Positions 62,471-64,000 of a DNA stretch of 64,000 bases are shown here, in pieces (within the stretch, counting starts at the first letter, position 1; each line of letters begins with the position of its first letter). This DNA is from an uncultured Desulfospira sp. (GTDB lineage Bacteria > Desulfobacterota > Desulfobacteria > Desulfobacterales > Desulfobacteraceae): positions 704,001 through 768,000 of the forward strand of contig OY760175.1 of NCBI GenBank assembly GCA_963663165.1, in the 5' to 3' direction. Made by a program: the position numbers and the translations under genes. The notes beneath the pieces were generated by a model that was not told the DNA's origin, searched no databases, and worked only from the letters and a program-made list of their open reading frames with translations.

Positions 62471-63322
62471 TTAAACGTCCTTGGGGATATCGTCATCGGT
62501 AAGAGCGACCACGGCAATGGCATGCTGGTCGGCCAGGGCAATCATTTCTTTGCGGTCAAAGCAGATGGATTTGCCGGCTTCAAGGGCCAGAACACGGGCA
62601 CCGGCCGCCGCCATGGTTTGAATAGTGCCAAGGCCCGAGGCCGGCAGATCAAAGCGCAGGTCCTGACCGGGCTTGGATAATTTGACCACCACAGGGCCGC
62701 TTTTACAGGACAGCTCCCCTCCCCGTTTAATAGCGGCATCGGTTCCCTCCACCGCCTCAACCGCCAGGATGGTTCCGTTGCTGATCACAACGCACTGGCC
62801 GATATCGAGTTTACCGATTTGTCTGGCCAGTTTCCAACCCTGGAAAATGTCTCTTTTCTCACCCCTGTCAGGGGATCTTCTGGTCCAGCATCCTTTGGGG
62901 CTGATAATTTCGGGCAAGATCATGGTAGACGGCAGAATGTTAATCCCTTCTTTGAACAGCAGTTGTGCAAAAGAAGACAGGATGCTGTCGTCATGGGTCC
63001 GTTTGGTTGTGGCAATAAAGGTCAGGGCTTTCAAGTCCGGGCGGATATCTTTAAAAATATTAATCTTTTTAACCGTTCCCAGCATAACGGCCTGGGTGAT
63101 ATCATGTTGACCGAAAAACCGGACCAGTTTGGATATCTGGCCTAGATGAATCCAGGAAAAATGATCTACCAGAGTGCAAAGGTCAGGGTCTGTTTCAGAT
63201 TTAAAGCCCACCGCCGCAGTTTGAAACCCTTTTTCCCGGGCTTTTTCGGCAAAAAGCCGCGGGAACTGCCCACCGCCGGCAATGATTCCGATTTTCATGT
63301 CCTGTGTCTGGCGGCTGTCCAT
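62471..63322 (-). CDS. lpxI: UDP-2,3-diacylglucosamine pyrophosphatase
   Basis: IGIIAGGGQFP, DIGQ, AVEAVEGTD, QDLRFDLP; lies between lpxA and lpxB. Start is 63322 or 63298. Confidence 0.92.
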   Translation of the reverse strand: MDSRQTQDMKIGIIAGGGQFPRLFAEKAREKGFQTAAVGFKSETDPDLCTLVDHFSWIHLGQISKLVRFFGQHDITQAVMLGTVKKINIFKDIRPDLKALTFIATTKRTHDDSILSSFAQLLFKEGINILPSTMILPEIISPKGCWTRRSPDRGEKRDIFQGWKLARQIGKLDIGQCVVISNGTILAVEAVEGTDAAIKRGGELSCKSGPVVVKLSKPGQDLRFDLPASGLGTIQTMAAAGARVLALEAGKSICFDRKEMIALADQHAIAVVALTDDDIPKDV

Positions 63323-63335
63323 ACCCCCCCGTTCA

Positions 63336-64000
63336 TCAGCGGGCCACCCCCCGGTTGGATTTGACAATAAATTCCATAAAATTTTTAACTTCCGGGACCT
63401 GCTCCACTTCAGCCTTTACCCGTTCTGAGGCCTGTTTAACGGTCAGGCCGATCCTGAAAAAAATCCGGTAGGCCTTTTTAAGCTGCCGGATGGTGGAGTT
63501 GGAGAACTTATGCCGTTTGAGCCCCACGTTGTTCAACCCGTGAAGGGTTGCCCGGTCGCCAGCGGCAATGACATAAGGCGGAATATCTTTGACCACGGCG
63601 GATTTGCCGCCGATATAGGCATAATCCCCGATGTGGACAAACTGGTGAATGGCCACCAGGCCGCCAATGGTAGCATGATTCCCGATTTCAATATGACCGG
63701 CAAGGGTGGAGTTATTGGCCAGGATCACCTGCCGCCCGGTCTTGCAGTCGTGGGCAATATGGGTATAGGCCATCAGATAATTCTGGTCCCCCACTTCGGT
63801 AATACCTCCGCCGGCTTCGGTTCCCCGGTTGATAGTGACAAATTCACGGATAATGGTGCCGCGGCCTATGGTCAGATAACTTTTTTCCCCATGAAATTTT
63901 AAATCCTGGGGGGCCCCGCCAATAGAGGCATACTGGTAAATCTGGCAGTTTTCTCCAATGGTCACGTACTTTTCCACTGTGGCATGGGACCCGATGGTGG
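63336..64000 (-). CDS. lpxA: UDP-N-acetylglucosamine acyltransferase, 3' part (gene starts beyond the window)
   Basis: PQDLKF, IREFVTINRGT, HIAHDC, LAGH, IHQF, GLNNVGLKR. Confidence 0.96.
   Translation of the reverse strand, partial: TIGSHATVEKYVTIGENCQIYQYASIGGAPQDLKFHGEKSYLTIGRGTIIREFVTINRGTEAGGGITEVGDQNYLMAYTHIAHDCKTGRQVILANNSTLAGHIEIGNHATIGGLVAIHQFVHIGDYAYIGGKSAVVKDIPPYVIAAGDRATLHGLNNVGLKRHKFSNSTIRQLKKAYRIFFRIGLTVKQASERVKAEVEQVPEVKNFMEFIVKSNRGVAR

Noticed and set aside
493..63902. Numerous 60-210 aa ORFs overlapping annotated genes on the opposite strand or in other frames
   Set aside because: Expected shadow ORFs of GC3-rich coding DNA; no recognisable motifs.

Overview
Chromosomal window from a diderm anaerobe, most likely a Desulfobacteraceae-type sulfate reducer (inferred from gene content and protein style, not from a search). 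The flanks are housekeeping genes: argF-argH, folK, transaldolase, tRNA-Gly and tRNA-Cys, fabH, pgi, xseAB-ispA-dxs-tlyA, EF-G paralogue, purC, pheA-aroE-aroA-aroK-aroC and lpxA-lpxI-lpxB. A 2.2 kb integrative element (tyrosine integrase plus a Uma2-family nuclease) sits in tRNA-Cys between 96-bp direct repeats. The main result is a ~26 kb region (7.0-33.1 kb) with four cobalamin riboswitches. One heads a corrinoid salvage operon (BtuF-CbiZ lipoprotein fusion, btuFCD, cbiK). Two head paralogous cNMP-domain AraC regulators. One heads a complete Tad/Flp pilus operon that has two unusual CpaB paralogues with doubled RcpC domains. Inside this region are a secreted beta-propeller-like protein with a C-terminal dockerin, an adjacent cohesin-like protein with a VPxP (PEP-CTERM-type) sorting tail, and a displaced TadG. 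No TonB-dependent BtuB is present in the window. Together these suggest a B12-repressed pilus and surface-display system for corrinoid capture (inference). The window also holds an unannotated 23-aa Phe/Tyr/Trp-rich leader peptide with a classical attenuator in front of pheA-aro, several families of palindromic heptamer repeats, REP-like and MITE-like repeats, and a sigma54 promoter.
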